From the NCBI RefSeq assembly GCF_009914755.1, contig NC_060940.1: a stretch of DNA of 64,000 bases; one strand, written 5' to 3'. The notes under the pieces are model-generated. The model ran no database searches. It saw only the letters and a program-made list of their open reading frames with translations, and was not told the origin of the DNA. Below, in pieces: positions 14,001-26,800 of this stretch. Position numbers and translations under genes: made by a program. This DNA comes from the human T2T-CHM13v2.0 reference genome, Homo sapiens. Within the stretch, counting starts at the first letter, position 1. Every line of letters begins with the position of its first letter.

Positions 14001-14880
14001 AACGGGATTTCTTCATATTATGCTAGACAGAAGATTTCTCAGTAACTTCTTTGTGTTGTGTGTATGCAACTCACAGAGTTCAACCTTCCTTTAGACAGAG
14101 CAGATTTGAAACACTCTTTTTGTGGAATTTGCAAGTGGAGATTTCAAGCGCTTCGATGCCAATGGTAGAAAAGGAAATATCTTCGTATAAAAACAAGACA
14201 AACTGGTTCCCAGACACTGCGTAGTGATGTGTGTGTTTAACTCACAGAGTTTAACCTTTCTTTTCATACAGCATTCTGGAAACCCTCTGTTTGTAAAGTC
14301 TGCAAGTGGATATTTGGACCTCTTAGATGCCTTCGTTGGAAACGGGATTTCTTCATATAATGCTAGAGGGAAGAATTCTTAGTAACTTCTTTGTGTTGTG
14401 TGTATTCAACTGACAGAGTTGAACCTTCCTTTAGACAGAGCAGATTTGAAAGTCTCTTTTTGTGGAATTTGCAAGTGGAGATTTCAAGCGCTTTGAGGCC
14501 AAAAGCAGAAAAGGAAATATTTTCCTATAAAAACTAGACAGAATCTTTCTCAGAAACTGCTCTGGGATGTGTGCATTCAACTCACAGAGTTTAACTTTTC
14601 TTTTCATTCAGCAGTTTGGAAACACTCTGTTTGGAAAGTCTGCACGTGGATATTTTGACCTCTTTGAGGCCTTCGTTGGAAACGGGTTTTTTTCATGTAA
14701 GGCTAGACAGAAGAAATCTCAGTAACTTCCTTGTGTTGTGTGTATTCAACTGACAGAGTTGAACCTTCTTTTAGACAGAGCAGATTCGAAACACTCTTTT
14801 TCTGCAATTTGCAAGTGGAGACTTCAAGCGCTTTGAGGCCAAAGGCAGAAAAGGAAATATCTTCGTATAAAAACCCGACA
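5028..14880 (+). repeat. Run of alternating 10-mer/6-mer units forming a 2718-bp 16-mer super-period
   Basis: Marker positions 6750, 9468, 12186, 14904 and 5051, 7769, 10487, 13205 are each 2718 bp apart. Confidence 0.92.
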
Positions 14881-17800
14881 GAATCATTCTCAGAAACTGC
14901 TCTGTGATGTGTGCGTTCAACTCACAGAGTTTAACTTTTCTTTTCATTCAGCAGTTTGGAAACACTCTGTTTGTAAAGTCTGCAAGTGGATATCTTGGCC
15001 TCTTAGAGGCCTTCGTTGGAAACGGGTTTTTTCATGTAAGGTTAGACAGAGGAATTCCCAGTAACTTCCTTGTGTTGTGTGCATTCAACTCACAGAGTTG
15101 AATGATTCTTTACACAGAGTAGATTTGAGACACTCTTTTGGTGGAATTTGTTAGTGGAGAATTCAGCCGCTTTGAGGTCAACGGTAGAAAAGGATATATC
15201 TTCGTATAAAAACTAGACAGAATGATTCTCAGAAACTGTTTTGTGATGTGTGCGTTCAACTCACAGAGTTTAACCTTTCTTTTCAAAGAGCAGTTAGGAA
15301 ACACTCTGTTTGTAAAGTCTGCAAGTGGATATTCAGACCTCTTTGAGGCCTTCGTTGGAAACGGGATTTCTTCATATTATGCTAGACAGATGAATTCTCA
15401 GTAACTTCCTTGTGTTGTGTGTATTCAACTCACAGAGTTGAACGATCCTTTACACAGAGCAGATTTGAAACACTGTTTTTCTGGAATTTGCAAGTGGAGA
15501 TTTCAGCCGCTTTGAGGTCAATGGTAGAAAAAGAAATATCTTCGTATAAAAACTAGACAGAATGATTATCAGAAACTCCTTTGTGATGTGTGCGTTCAAC
15601 TCACAGAGTTTAACCTTTCTTTTCACAGAGCAGTTAGGAAACACTCTGTTTGTGAAGCCTGCCAGTGGATATTCGGACCTCTTTGAGGCCTTCGTTGGAA
15701 ACGGGATTTCTTCATATTATGCTAGACAGAAGATTTCTCAGTAACTTCTTTGTGTTGTGTGTATGCAACTCACAGAGTTCAACCTTCCTTTAGACAGAGC
15801 AGATTTGAAACACTCTTTTTGTGGAATTTGCAAGTGGAGATTTCAAGCGCTTCGATGCCAATGGTAGAAAAGGAAATATCTTCGTATAAAAACAAGACAA
15901 ACTCGTTCCCAGACACTGCGTAGTGATGTGTGTGTTTAACTCACAGAGTTTAACCTTTCTTTTCATACAGCATTCTGGAAACCCTCTGTTTGTAAAGTCT
16001 GCAAGTGGATATTTGGACCTCTTAGATGCCTTCGTTGGAAACGGGATTTCTTCATATAATGCTAGAGGGAAGAATTCTTAGTAACTTCTTTGTGTTGTGT
16101 GTATTCAACTGACAGAGTTGAACCTTCCTTTAGACAGAGCAGATTTGAAAGTCTCTTTTTGTGGAATTTGCAAGTGGAGATTTCAAGCGCTTTGAGGCCA
16201 AAAGCAGAAAAGGAAATATTTTCCTATAAAAACTAGACAGAATCATTCTCAGAAACTGCTCTGTGATGTGTGTGTTCAACTCACAGAGTTTAACTTTTCT
16301 TTTCATTCAGCAGTTTGGAAACACTCTGTTTGGAAAGTCTGCACGTGGATATTTTGACCTCTTTGAGGCCTTCGTTGGAAACGGGTTTTTTTAATGTAAC
16401 GCTAGACAGAAGAAATCTCAGTAACTTCCTTGTGTTGTGTGTATTCAACTGACAGAGTTGAACCTTCCTTTAGACAGAGCAGATTCGAAACACTCTTTTT
16501 CTGCAATTAGCAAGTGGAGACTTCAAGCGCTTTGAGGCCAAAGGCAGAAAAGGAAATATCTTCGTATAAAAACCCGACAGAATCATTCTCAGAAACTGCT
16601 CTGTGATGTGTGCGTTCAACTCACAGAGTTTAACTTTTCTTTTCATTCAGCAGTTTGGAAACACTCTGTTTGTAAAGTCTGCAAGTGGATATCTTGGCCT
16701 CTTAGAGGCCTTCGTTGGAAACGGGTTTTTTCATGTAAGGTTAGACAGAGGAATTCCCAGTAACTTCCTTGTGTTGTGTGCATTCAACTCACAGAGTTGA
16801 ATGATTCTTTACACAGAGCAGATTTGAGACACTCTTTTGGTGGAATTTGTAAGTGGAGAATTCAGCTGCTTTGAGGTCAACGGTAGAAAAGGAAATATCT
16901 TCGTATAAAAACTAGACAGAATGATTCTCAGAAACTGTTTTGTGATGTGTGCATTCAACTCACAGAGTTTAACCTTTCTTTTCAAAGAGCAGTTAGGAAA
17001 CACTCTGTTTGTAAAGTCTGCAAGTGGATATTCAGACCTCTTTGAGGCCTTCGTTGGAAACGGGATTTCTTCATATTATGCTAGACAGAATAATTCTCAG
17101 TAACTTCCTTGTGTTGTGTGTATTCAACTCACAGAGTTGAACGATCCTTTACACAGAGCAGATTTGAAACACTGTTTTTCTGGAATTTGCAAGTGGAGAT
17201 TTCAGCTGCTTTGAGGTCAATGGTAGAAAAGGAAATATCTTCGTATAAAAACTAGACAGAATGATTCTCAGAAACTCCTTTGTGATGTGTGCGTTCAACT
17301 CACAGAGTTTAACCTTTCTTTTCACAGAGCAGTTAGGAAACACTCTGTTTGTGAAGCCTGCCAGTGGATATTCGGACCTCTTTGAGGCCTTCGTTGGAAA
17401 CGGGATTTCTTCATATTATGCTAGACAGAAGATTTCTCAGTAACCTCTTTGTGTTGTGTGTATGCAACTCACAGAGTTCAACCTTCCTTTAGACAGAGCA
17501 GATTTGAAACACTCTTTTTGTGGAATTTGCAAGTGGAGATTTCAAGCGCTTTGAGGCCAAAAGCAGAAAAGGAAATATTTTCCTATAAAAACTAGACAGA
17601 ATCTTTCTCAGAAACTGCTCTGTGATGTGTGCGTTCAACTCACAGAGTTTAACTTTTCTTTTCATTCAGCAGTTTGGAAACACTCTGTTTGTAAAGTCTG
17701 CAAGTGGATATCTTGGCCTCTTAGAGGCCTTCGTTGGAAACGGGTTTTTTCATGTAAGGATAGACAGAGGAATTCCCAGTAACTTCCTTGTGTTGTGTGC

Positions 17801-20800
17801 ATTCAACTCACAGAGTTGAATGATTCTTTACACAGAGCAGATTTGAGACACTCTTTTGGTGGAATTTGTAAGTGGAGAATTCAGCCGCTTTGAGGTCAAC
17901 GGTAGAAAAGGAAATATCTTCGTATAAAAACTAGACAGAATGATTCTCAGAAACTGTTTTGTGATGTGTGCGTTCAACTCACAGAGTTTAACCTTTCTTT
18001 TCAAAGAGCAGTTAGGAAACACTCTGTTTGTAAAGTCTGCAAGTGGATATTCAGACCTCTTTGAGGCCTTCGTTGGAAACGGGATTTCTTCATATTATGC
18101 TAGACAGATGAATTCTCAGTAACTTCCTTGTGTTGTGTGTATTCAACTCACAGAGATAAACGATCCTTTACACAGAGCAGATTTGAAACACTGTTTTTCT
18201 GGAATTTGCAAGTGGAGATTTCAGCCGCTTTGAGGTCAATGGTAGAAAAGGAAATATCTTCGTATAAAAACTAGACAGAATGATTCTCAGAAACTCCTTT
18301 GTGATGTGTGCGTTCAACTCACAGAGTTTAACCTTTCTTTTCACAGAGCAGTTAGGAAACACTCTGTTTGTGAAGCCTGCCAGTGGATATTCGGACCTCT
18401 TTGAGGCCTTCGTTGGAAACGGGATTTCTTCATATTATGCTAGACAGAAGATTTCTCAGTAACTTCTTTGTGTTGTGTGTATGCAACTCACAGAGTTCAA
18501 CCTTCCTTTAGACAGAGCAGATTTGAAACACTCTTTTTGTGGAATTTGCAAGTGGAGATTTCAAGCGCTTCGATGCCAATGGTAGAAAAGGAAATATCTT
18601 CGTATAAAAACAAGACAAACTCGTTCCCAGACACTGCGTAGTGATGTGTGTGTTTAACTCACAGAGTTTCACCTTTCTTTTCATACAGCATTCTGGAAAC
18701 CCTCTGTTTGTAAAGTCTGCAAGTGGATATTTGGACCTCTTAGATGCCTTCGTTGGAAACGGGATTTCTTCATATAATGCTAGAGGGAAGAATTCTTAGT
18801 AACTTCTTTGTGTTGTGTGTATTCAACTGACAGAGTTGAACCTTCGTTTAGACAGAGCAGATTTGAAAGTCTCTTTTTGTGGAATTTGCAAGTGGAGATT
18901 TCAAGCGCTTTGAGGCCAAAAGCAGAAAAGGAAATATTTTCCTATAAAAACTAGACAGAATCTTTCTCAGAAACTGCTCTGGGATGTGTGTGTTCAACTC
19001 ACAGAGTTTAACTTTTCTTTTCATTCAGCAGTTTGGAAACACTCTGTTTGGAAAGTCTGCACGTGGATATTTTGACCTCTTTGAGGCCTTCATTGGAAAC
19101 GAGTTTTTTTCATATAAGGCTAGACAGAAGAAATCTCAGTAACTTCCTTGTGTTGTGTGTATTCAACTGACAGAGTTGAACCTTCTTTTAGACAGAGCAG
19201 ATTCGAAACACTCTTTTTCTGCAATTTGCAAGTGGAGACTTCAAGCGCTTTGAGGCCAAAGGCAGAAAAGGAAATATCTTCGTATAAAAACCCGACAGAA
19301 TCATTCTCAGAAACTGCTCTGTGATGTGTGCGTTCAACTCACAGAGTTTAACTTTTCTTTTCATTCAGCAGTTTGGAAACACTCTGTTTGTAAAGTCTGC
19401 AAGTGGATATCTTGGCCTCTTAGAGGCCTTCATTGGAAACGGGTTTTTTCATGTAAGGTTAGACCGAGGAATTCCCAGTAACTTCCTTGTGTTGTGTGCA
19501 TTCAACTCACAGAGTTGAATGATTCTTTACACAGAGCAGATTTGAGACACTCTTTTGGTGGAATTTGTAAGTGGAGAATTCAGCTGCTTTGAGGTCAACG
19601 GTAGAAAAGGAAATATCTTCGTATAAAAACTAGACAGAATGATTCTCAGAAACTGTTTTGTGATGTGTGCGTTCAACTCACAGAGTTTAACCTTTCTTTT
19701 CAAAGAGCAGTTAGGAAACATTCTGTTTGTAAAGTCTGCAAGTGGATATTCAGACCTCTTTGAGGCCTTTGTTGGAAACGGGATTTCTTCATATTATGCT
19801 AGACAGATGAATTCTCAGTAACTTCCTTGTGTTGTGTGTATTCAACTCAAAGAGTTGAACGATCCTTTACACAGAGCAGATTTGAAACACTGTTTTTCTG
19901 GAATTTGCAAGTGGAGATTTCAGCCGCTTTGAGGTCAATGGTAGAAAAGGAAATATCTTCGTATAAAAACTAGACAGAATGATTCTCAGAAACTCCTTTG
20001 TGATGTGTGCGTTCAACTCACAGAGTTTAACCTTTCTTTTCACAGAGCAGTTAGGAAACACTCTGTTTGTGAAGCCTGCCAGTGGATATTCGGACCTCTT
20101 TGAGGCCTTCGTTGGAAACGGGATTTCTTCATATTATGCTAGACAGAAGATTTCTCAGTAACTTCTTTGTGTTGTGTGTATGCAACTCACAGAGTTCAAC
20201 CTTCCTTTAGACAGAGCAGATTTGAAACACTCTTTTTGTGGAATTTGCAAGTGGAGATTTCAAGCGCTTCGATGCCAATGGTAGAAAAGGAAATATCTTC
20301 GTATAAAAACAAGACAAACTCGTTCCCAGACACTGCGTAGTGATGTGTGTGTTTAACTCACAGAGTTTCACCTTTCTTTTCATACAGCATTCTGGAAACC
20401 CTCTGTTTGTAAAGTCTGCAAGTGGATATTTGGACCTCTTAGATGCCTTCGTTGGAAACGGGATTTCTTCATATAATGCTAGAGGGAAGAATTCTTAGTA
20501 ACTTCTTTGTGTTGTGTGTATTCAACTGACAGAGTTGAACCTTCCTTTAGACAGAGCAGATTTGAAAGTCTCTTTTTGTGGAATTTGCAAGTGGAGATTT
20601 CAAGCGCTTTGAGGCCAAAAGCAGAAAAGGAAATATTTTCCTATAAAAACTAGACAGAATCATTCTCAGAAACTGCTCTGTGATGTGTGTGTTCAACTCA
20701 GAGAGTTTAACTTTCTTTTCATTCAGCAGTTTGGAAACACTCTGTTTGGAAAGTCTGCACGTGGATATTTTGACCTCTTTGAGGCCTTCGTTGGAAACGA

Positions 20801-23800
20801 GTTTTTTTCATGTAAGGCTAGACAGAAGAAATCTCAGTAACTTCCTTGTGTTGTGTGTATTCAACTGACAGGGTTGAACCTTCCTTTAGACAGAGCAGAT
20901 TCGAAACACTCTTTTTCTGCAATTTGCAAGTGGAGACTTCAAGCGCTTTGAGGCCAAAGGCAGAAAAGGAAATATCTTCGTATAAAAACCCGACAGAATC
21001 ATTCTCAGAAACTGCTCTGTGATGTGTGCGTTCAACTCACAGAGTTTAACTTTTCTTTTCATTCAGCAGTTTGGAAACACTCTGTTTGTAAAGTCTGCAA
21101 GTGGATATCTTGGCCTCTTAGAGGCCTTCGTTGGAAACGGGTTTTGTCATGTAAGGTTAGACAGAGGAATTCCCAGTAACTTCCTTGTGTTGTGTGCATT
21201 CAACTCACAGAGTTGAATGATTCTATACACAGAGCAGATTTGAGACACTCTTTTGGTGGAATTTGTAAGTGGAGAATTCAGCTGCTTTGAGGTCAACGGT
21301 AGAAAAGGAAATATCTTCGTATAAAAACTAGACAGAATGATTCTCAGAAACTGTTTTGTGATGTGTGCGTTCAACTCACAGAGTTTAACCTTTCTTTTCA
21401 AAGAGCAGTTAGGAAACACTCTGTTTGTAAAGTCTGCAAGTGGATATTCAGACCTCTTTGAGGCCTTCGTTGGAAACGGGATTTCTTCATATTATGCTAG
21501 ACAGATGAATTCTCAGTAACTTCCTTGTGTTGTGTGTATTCAACTCACAGAGTTGAACGATCCTTTACACAGAGCAGATTTGAAACACTGTTTTTCTGGA
21601 ATTTGCAAGTGGAGATTTCAGCCGCTTTGAGGTCAATGGTAGAAAAAGAAATATCTTCGTATAAAAACTAGACAGAATGATTCTCAGAAACTCCTTTGTG
21701 ATGTGTGCGTTCAACTCACAGAGTTTAACCTTTCTTTTCACAGAGCAGTTAGGAAACACTCTGTTTGTGAAGCCTGCCAGTGGATATTCGGACCTCTTTG
21801 AGGCCTTCGTTGGAAACGGGATTTCTTCATATTATGCTAGACAGAAGATTTCTCAGTAACTTCTTTGTGTTGTGTGTATGCAACTCACAGAGTTCAACCT
21901 TCCTTTAGACAGAGCAGATTTGAAACACTCTTTTTGTGGAATTTGCAAGTGGAGATTTCAAGCGCTTTGAGGCCAAAAGCAGAAAAGGAAATATTTTCCT
22001 ATAAAAACTAGACAGAATCTTTCTCAGAAACTGCTCTGTGATGTGTGCGTTCAACTCACAGAGTTTAACTTTTCTTTTCATTCAGCAGTTTGGAAACACT
22101 CTGTTTGTAAAGTCTGCAAGTGGATATCTTGGCCTCTTAGAGGCCTTCGTTGGAAACGGGTTTTTTCATGTAAGGATAGACAGAGGAATTCCCAGTAACT
22201 TCCTTGTGTTGTGTGCATTCAACTCACAGAGTTGAATGATTCTTTACACAGAGCAGATTTGAGACACTCTTGTGGTGGAATTTGTAAGTGGAGAATTCAG
22301 CCGCTTTGAGGTCAACGGTAGAAAAGGAAATATCTTCGTATAAAAACTAGACAGAATGATTCTCAGAAACTGTTTTGTGATGTGTGCGTTCAACTCACAG
22401 AGTTTAACCTTTCTTTTCAAAGAGCAGTTAGGAAACACTCTGTTTGTAAAGTCTGCAAGTGGATATTCAGACCTCTTTGAGGCCTTCGTTGGAAACGGGA
22501 TTTCTTCATATTATGCTAGACAGATGAATTCTCAGTAACTTCCTTGTGTTGTGTGTATTCAACTCACAGAGTTGAACGATCCTTTACACAGAGCAGATTT
22601 GAAACACTGTTTTTCTGGAATTTGCAAGTGGAGATTTCAGCTGCTTTGAGGTCAATGGTAGAAAAGGAAATATCTTCGTATAAAAACTAGACAGAATGAT
22701 TCTCAGAAACTGCTTTGTGATGTGTGCGTTCAACTCACAGAGTTTAACCTTTCTTTTCACAGAGCAGTTAGGAAACACTCTGTTTGTGAAGCCTGCCAGT
22801 GGATATTCAGACCTCTTTGAGGCCTTCGTTGGAAACGGGATTTCTTCATATTATGCTAGACAGAAGATTTCTCAGTAACTTCTTTGTGTTGTGTGTATGC
22901 AACTCACAGAGTTCAACCTTCCTTTAGACAGAGCAGATTTGAAACACTCTTTTTGTGGAATTTGCAAGTGGAGATTTCAAGCGCTTCGATGCCAATGGTA
23001 GAAAAGGAAATATCTTCGTATAAAAACAAGACAAACTCGTTCCCAGACACTGCGTAGTGATGTGTGTGTTTAACTCACAGAGTTTAACCTTTCTTTTCAT
23101 ACAGCATTCTGGAAACCCTCTGTTTGTAAAGTCTGCAAGTGGATATTTGGACCTCTTAGATGCCTTCGTTGGAAACGGGATTTCTTCATATAATGCTAGA
23201 GGGAAGAATTCTTAGTAACTTCTTTGTGTTGTGTGTATTCAACTGACAGGGTTGAACCTTCCTTTAGACAGAGCAGATTTGAAAGTCTCTTTTTGTGGAA
23301 TTTGCAAGTGGAGATTTCAAGCGCTTTGAGGCCAAAAGCAGAAAAGGACATATTTTCCTATAAAAACTAGACAGAATCTTTCTCAGAAACTGCTCTGGGA
23401 TGTGTGCGTTCAACTCACAGAGTTTAACTTTTCTTTTCATTCAGCAGTTTGGAAACACTCTGTTTGGAAAGTCTGCACGTGGATATTTTGACCTCTTTGA
23501 GGCCTTCGTTGGAAACGGGTTTTTTTCATGTAAGGCTAGACAGAAGAAATCTCAGTAACTTCCTTGTGTTGTGTGTATTCAACTGACAGAGTTGAACCTT
23601 CCTTTAGACAGAGCAGATTCGAAACACTCTTTTTCTGCAATTTGCAAGTGGAGACTTCAAGCGCTTTGAGGCCAAAGGCAGAAAAGGAAATATCTTCGTA
23701 TAAAAACCCGACAGAATCATTCTCAGAAACTGCTCTGTGATGTGTGCGTTCAACTCACAGAGTTTAACTTTTCTTTTCATTCAGCAGTTTGGAAACACTC

Positions 23801-26800
23801 TGTTTGTAAAGTCTGCAAGTGGATATCTTGGCCTCTTAGAGGCCTTCGTTGGAAACGGGTTTTTTCATGTAAGGTTAGACAGAGGAATTCCCAGTAACTT
23901 CCTTGTGTTGTGTGCATTCAACTCACAGAGTTGAATGATTCTTTACACAGAGCAGATTTGAGACACTCTTTTGGTGGAATTTGTAAGTGGAGAATTCAGC
24001 TGCTTTGAGGTCAACGGTAGAAAAGGAAATATCTTCGTATAAAAACTAGACAGAATGATTCTCAGAAACTGTTTTGTGATGTGTGCGTTCAACTCACAGA
24101 GTTTAACCTTTCTTTTCAAAGAGCAGTTAGGAAACACTCTGTTTGTAAAGTCTGCAAGTGGATATTCAGACCTCTTTGAGGCCTTCGTTGGAAACGGGAT
24201 TTCTTCATATTATTCTAGACAGATGAATTCTCAGTAACTTCCTTGTGTTGTGTGTATTCAACTCACAGAGTTGAACGATCCTTTACACAGAGCAGATTTG
24301 AAACACTGTTTTTCTGGAATTTGCAAGTGGAGATTTCAGCTGCTTTGAGGTCAATGGTAGAAAAGGAAATATCTTCGTATAAAAACTAGACAGAATGATT
24401 CTCAGAAACTCCTTTGTGATGTGTGCGTTCAACTCACAGAGTTTAACCTTTCTTTTCACAGAGCAGTTAGGAAACACTCTGTTTGTGAAGCCTGCCAGTG
24501 GATATTCGGACCTCTTTGAGGCCTTCGTTGGAAACGGGATTTCTTCATATTATGCTAGACAGAAGATTTCTCAGTAACTTCTTTGTGTTGTGTGTATGCA
24601 ACTCACAGAGTTCAACCTTCCTTTAGACAGAGCAGATTTGAAACACTCTTTTTGTGGAATTTGCAAGTGGAGATTTCAAGCGCTTTGAGGCCAAAAGCAG
24701 AAAAGGAAATATTTTCCTATAAAAACTAGACAGAATCTTTCTCAGAAACTGCTCTGTGATGTGTGCGTTCAACTCACAGAGTTTAACTTTTCTTTTCATT
24801 CAGCAGTTTGGAAACACTCTGTTTGTAAAGTCTGCAAGTGGATATCTTGGCCTCTTAGAGGCCTTCGTTGGAAATGGGTTTTTTCATGTAAGGATAGACA
24901 GAGGAATTCCCAGTAACTTCCTTGTGTTGTGTGCATTCAACTCACAGAGTTGAATGATTCTTTACACAGAGCAGATTTGAGACACTCTTTTGGTGGAATT
25001 TGTAAGTGGAGAATTCAGCCGCTTTGAGGTCAACGGTAGAAAAGGAAATATCTTCGTATAAAAACTAGACAGAATGATTCTCAGAAAGTGTTTTGTGATG
25101 TGTGCGTTTAACTCACAGAGTTTAACCTTTCTTTTCAAAGAGCAGTTAGGAAACACTCTGTTTGTAAAGTCTGCAAGTGGATATTCAGACCTCTTTGAGG
25201 CCTTCGTTGGAAACGGGATTTCTTCATATTATGCTAGACAGATGAATTCTCAGTAACTTCCTTGTGTTGTGTGTATTTAACTCACAGAGTTAAACGATCC
25301 TTTACACAGAGCAGATTTGAAACACTGTTTTTCTGGAATTTGCAAGTGGAGATTTCAGCCGCTTTGAGGTCAATGGTAGAAAAGGAAATATCTTCGTATA
25401 AAAACTAGACAGAATGATTCTCAGAAACTCCTTTGTGATGTGTGCGTTCAACTCACAGAGTTTAACCTTTCTTTTCACAGAGCAGTTAGGAAACACTCTG
25501 TTTGTGAAGCCTGCCAGTGGATATTCGGACCTCTTTGAGGCCTTCGTTGGAAACGGGATTTCTTCATATTATGCTAGACAGAAGATTTCTCAGTAACTTC
25601 TTTGTGTTGTGTGTATGCAACTCACAGAGTTCAACCTTCCTTTAGACAGAGCAGATTTGAAACACTCTTTTTGTGGAATTTGCAAGTGGAGATTTCAAGC
25701 GCTTCGATGCCAATGGTAGAAAAGGAAATATCTTCGTATAAAAACAAGACAAACTCGTTCCCAGACACTGCGTAGTGATGTGTGTGTTTAACTCACAGAG
25801 TTTCACCTTTCTTTTCATACAGCATTCTGGAAACCCTCTGTTTGTAAAGTCTGCAAGTGGATATTTGGACCTCTTAGATGCCTTCGTTGGAAACGGGATT
25901 TCTTCATATAATGCTAGAGGAAAGAATTCTTAGTAACTTCTTTGTGTTGTGTGTATTCAACTGACAGAGTTGAACCTTCCATTAGACAGAGCAGATTTGA
26001 AAGTCTCTTTTTGTGGAATTTGCAAGTGGAGATTTCAAGCGCTTTGAGGCCAAAAGCAGAAAAGGAAATATTTTCCTATAAAAACTAGACAGAATCTTTC
26101 TCAGAAACTGCTCTGGGATGTGTGCATTCAACTCACAGAGTTTAACTTTTCTTTTCATTCAGCAGTTTGGAAACACTCTGTTTGGAAAGTCTGCACGTGG
26201 ATATTTTGACCTCTTTGAGGCCTTCGTTGGAAACGGGTTTTTTTCATGTAAGGCTAGACAGAAGAAATCTCAGTAACTTCCTTGTGTTGTGTGTATTCAA
26301 CTGACAGAGTTGAACCTTCTTTTAGACAGAGCAGATTCGAAACACTCTTTTTCTGCAATTTGCAAGTGGAGACTTCAAACGCTTTGAGGCCAAAGGCAGA
26401 AAAGGAAATATCTTCGTATAAAAACCCGACAGAATCATTCTCAGAAACTGCTCTGTGATGTGTGCGTTCAACTCACAGAGTTTAACTTTTCTTTTCATTC
26501 AGCAGTTTGGAAACACTCTGTTTGTAAAGTCTGCAAGTGGATATCTTGGCCTCTTAGAGGCCTTCGTTGGAAACGGGTTTTTTCATGTAAGGTTAGACAG
26601 AGGACTTCCCAGTAACTTCCTTGTGTTGTGTGCATTCAACTCACAGAGTTGAATGATTCTTTACACAGAGCAGATTTGAGACACTCTTTTGGTGGAATTT
26701 GTAAGTGGAGAATTCAGCCGCTTTGAGGTCAACGGTAGAAAAGGAAATATCTTCGTATAAAAACTAGACAGAATGATTCTCAGAAACTGTTTTGTGATGT

